Positions 26,688 through 28,293 of a stretch of 28,293 nucleotides of DNA are shown here, in pieces (the stretch's first letter is position 1; each line of letters begins with the position of its first letter). The translations under genes and the position numbers were made by a program. The stretch is from a plasmid. The notes under the pieces were generated by a model, which worked only from the letters and a program-made list of their open reading frames with translations, was not told where the DNA came from and searched no databases. The stretch lies in the sequence record NZ_CP120882.1; one strand, given 5' to 3'.

Positions 26688-26755
26688 TATCTAGCTACTA
26701 TCTTGTATCTAGCTTCTATCTTATAATCGCTGCTACCTAGCAGCTAGATAGGGGC
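26688..26755. repeat. Iteron cluster upstream of parA; candidate centromere/operator
   Basis: Direct repeats TATCTAGCT(A/T)CTATCTT occur twice. Then the palindrome GCTGCTA-CC-TAGCAGC at 26729-26744 and TAGCAGCTAGATAG. Confidence 0.5.
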
Positions 26756-26761
26756 TAAATT

Positions 26762-27394
26762 ATGGCGGCGATTGTCGCATTCGTCTCACAGAAGGGCGGC
26801 GTAGGGAAATCCACCCTGGCGCGTGCCCTTGCACGCGAAGCGGCCGCCGGCGGCTTGCGCGTGAAGGTAGCAGACCTGGATACACAGCAGGGAACTGCTG
26901 TCGATTGGCACCGCCTGCGGCTTTCTCAGGGCATTGAACCCGTGGTGTCCGTCGAGGCGTTCGCCACGGCCGCGCAGGCCCTGGAAGCGGCCAAGGGCTA
27001 CGACCTTCTCATCATCGACGGGCCGGCCCGCACCAGCTCGGCGACGCTCGACATAGCCCGCGCTGCCGATTTGATCGTCCAGCCGTCCGGCGCATCGAGG
27101 GATGACCTCATTCCGGCCGTGCGCGAGTTCCACGCGCTGACAAAGGCCGGTGTCCCGAACGACCGCCTAGCGTTCGCCCTCAACCGCATCGGCACGCCGG
27201 CGGAAGAGGTCGCGGCGCGGGTCTATTTGCAGCAGGCCGGCTACACCGTCCTGGATGGGAGCTTGCGCGACCGGCCGGCCTACCGCCAGGCGCAAAACAC
27301 CGGCCACAGCATCACGGAAACCCGCTTTGCGGGCCTGAACGAGCGGGCCGACACACTCATTCAATCGCTCATCGACCGGGTGACAAATGGCTGA
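26762..27394 (+). CDS. parA: Small Walker-type ParA partition ATPase (type Ib)
   Basis: 210 aa. Deviant Walker A motif SQKGGVGKST at the N-terminus. The size is typical of ParF/pB171 ParA-like proteins. Confidence 0.8.
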   Translation: MAAIVAFVSQKGGVGKSTLARALAREAAAGGLRVKVADLDTQQGTAVDWHRLRLSQGIEPVVSVEAFATAAQALEAAKGYDLLIIDGPARTSSATLDIARAADLIVQPSGASRDDLIPAVREFHALTKAGVPNDRLAFALNRIGTPAEEVAARVYLQQAGYTVLDGSLRDRPAYRQAQNTGHSITETRFAGLNERADTLIQSLIDRVTNG

Positions 27395-27716
27395 CGTATC
27401 CAAGCTCAAGAAACTGAAAGGCCGGCGCGACGAGCTGGGCGCACCGCCAACGCTGGACGAGGCCAGCACGAACCTGACCGCGCCGGAGGTTGCGCCGGTA
27501 GCCAGGCCGACCGCCGCCAACCCACCACCGCAAGCACCGGCGGCCAAGAAGATCGACGGCCGGAGCGCCCGCAAGACGAACCGCACGGTGCAGTTCGCCA
27601 CGCGGGTGACGCCGGAATGGGATGCCCGCATTCGCGCCCTGGCGCAGCGTGAAGGTGTGCTGCTGGTCGAGGTACTGGAAAAAGCCCTTGACCACTACGA
27701 ACAATCTAGCAGCTAG
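27387..27716 (+). CDS. ParG/ParB-like ribbon-helix-helix centromere-binding protein
   Basis: 109 aa. Overlaps the parA stop. Disordered basic N-terminus. C-terminal RTVQFATRVTPEWDARIRALAQREGVLLVEVLEKAL is the RHH fold. Confidence 0.65.
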   Translation: MADVSKLKKLKGRRDELGAPPTLDEASTNLTAPEVAPVARPTAANPPPQAPAAKKIDGRSARKTNRTVQFATRVTPEWDARIRALAQREGVLLVEVLEKALDHYEQSSS

Positions 27717-27741
27717 TTTGCTGCTAGGTAGCAGCTACATA
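27705..27741. repeat. Downstream partner repeat set: TCTAGCAGCTAG plus the inverted palindrome GCTGCTA-GG-TAGCAGC
   Basis: Mirror image of the 26729-26747 site. Overlaps the parG-like stop codon. Confidence 0.5.
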
Positions 27742-27799
27742 ATCGAAAACCGACACCTGCATTTTTCGTTAATGCTGGACACTGCTGCGAAGGTGGGGC

Positions 27800-28114
27800 A
27801 TGATTACGTTTGATTCAAAGGCTGTCATCAATCCGACCGCGTTTAAGGAGGTCGTTTTGGTGGGTGGCGTACAGGGTGCGACTGTCACCGTTGCAGAGAA
27901 GGGCCTGGTTCTGGCGCTTCGGATCGGCGGAGAAAATCGCATCCTTGGGCAGTATCGGGGTGGCCCCCGCTACTTCCGCACGATTGACGCGGCGGCGTCG
28001 TTGCTGATCCAGCACGGCATCTACCGCTTCGAGGCGGACGTGGCCGGGTGGAAGCCCAAGACGCTGACCCGCAAAGGTGGCGAGCTGCTGGGTGGCACCG
28101 GCATCGAGCCGTAA
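27800..28114 (+). CDS. Hypothetical 104-aa protein
   Basis: AGGTGG ribosome-binding site. Followed by a terminator hairpin at 28122-28147. Confidence 0.45.
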   Translation: MITFDSKAVINPTAFKEVVLVGGVQGATVTVAEKGLVLALRIGGENRILGQYRGGPRYFRTIDAAASLLIQHGIYRFEADVAGWKPKTLTRKGGELLGGTGIEP

Positions 28115-28121
28115 AAATGCA

Positions 28122-28147
28122 AAAGCCCCGTTTGGCGACGGGGCTTT
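28122..28147 (+). terminator. Rho-independent terminator hairpin (aaagccccgt-ttggcg-acggggcttt)
   Basis: Perfect 10-bp stem. Confidence 0.55.
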
Positions 28148-28216
28148 GGCGGGGGTTCCGGGCCTATCAGCTTTGGCGAGCTGGCAGACACGACAGCCGA
28201 TGAATGAGGAACGACT

Positions 28217-28228
28217 GTTTAGCTAAAC
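28217..28228. promoter_or_regulatory. KorA operator (OA): GTTTAGCTAAAC
   Basis: Exact 12-bp IncP-1 OA palindrome, 65 bp before the window end and upstream of rep if the molecule is circular. Confidence 0.65.
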
Positions 28229-28293
28229 CTCATTCTACGGCCTGACCCCTTCAATGGCAAGAGTCACGCGCGGATTCCGTGCGGGAAGGGGTT

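Noticed and set aside
28260-28293. Similarity of the window end GCGGATTCCGTGCGGGAAGGGG to part of the Tn5393 inverted repeat (GCGGGAAGGGGCGGAATCC)
   Set aside because: Only about 11 bp is shared, with the surroundings rearranged. It is more simply read as a purine-rich ribosome-binding site for the rep gene at the circular junction.

Overview
This reads as a high-GC, IncP-1-derived mosaic plasmid that can be mobilized but cannot transfer itself. The window starts exactly at an ATG, and a ribosome-binding site sits at its far end, so it may be a complete circular plasmid linearized at the rep start. Left to right it contains the following.

- A replication gene whose N-terminal half carries primase-polymerase (Prim-Pol / archaeo-eukaryotic-primase-like) motifs, followed by a small co-transcribed ORF, a KorB operator (OB) and a terminator.
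- The coiled-coil IncP-1 protein kfrA, preceded by an AT-rich palindromic operator.
- An IncP-type relaxosome: traK on the minus strand, oriT, then traJ and traI. traI is only 609 aa and is joined directly to trbJ-trbK-trbL, which are the VirB5-like protein, the entry-exclusion lipoprotein and the VirB6-like protein. traL/M, traH-C and trbB-I are all absent.
- Downstream of trbL, two small hypothetical ORFs and a 17-bp-stem bidirectional terminator; then a low-GC islet carrying vapD and an HTH-containing partner gene.
- Tn5393c (tnpA, res, tnpR, strA, strB; 81-bp inverted repeats; 5-bp target duplication AAGTT).
- A minus-strand operon of four translationally coupled genes: an RHH antitoxin, a ParE toxin, a 56-aa RHH ORF that the six-frame track missed, and an acidic 116-aa protein.
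- An In4-type class 1 integron, 17846..25730, flanked by a 5-bp duplication GCTAC. Its content is intI1, a PcH1 promoter, cassettes aacA4 / blaOXA-10-family / aph(3') / catB3, then qacEdelta1, sul1, orf5, and IS6100 flanked by inverted 123-bp and 152-bp fragments of the Tn402 IRt end. It sits in the intergenic (putative res/promoter) region between the divergent TA operon and a serine resolvase gene.
- After the resolvase: a second OB, a type Ib partition pair (a small Walker ParA and an RHH ParG-like protein) surrounded by TAGCAGCTAG-type iterons, a 104-aa ORF, a terminator, and a perfect KorA operator (OA) just before the window end.

No korA, korB or incC is present, even though exact OA and OB sites are. 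All product calls come from sequence motifs and my memory of these protein families; no database search was possible.
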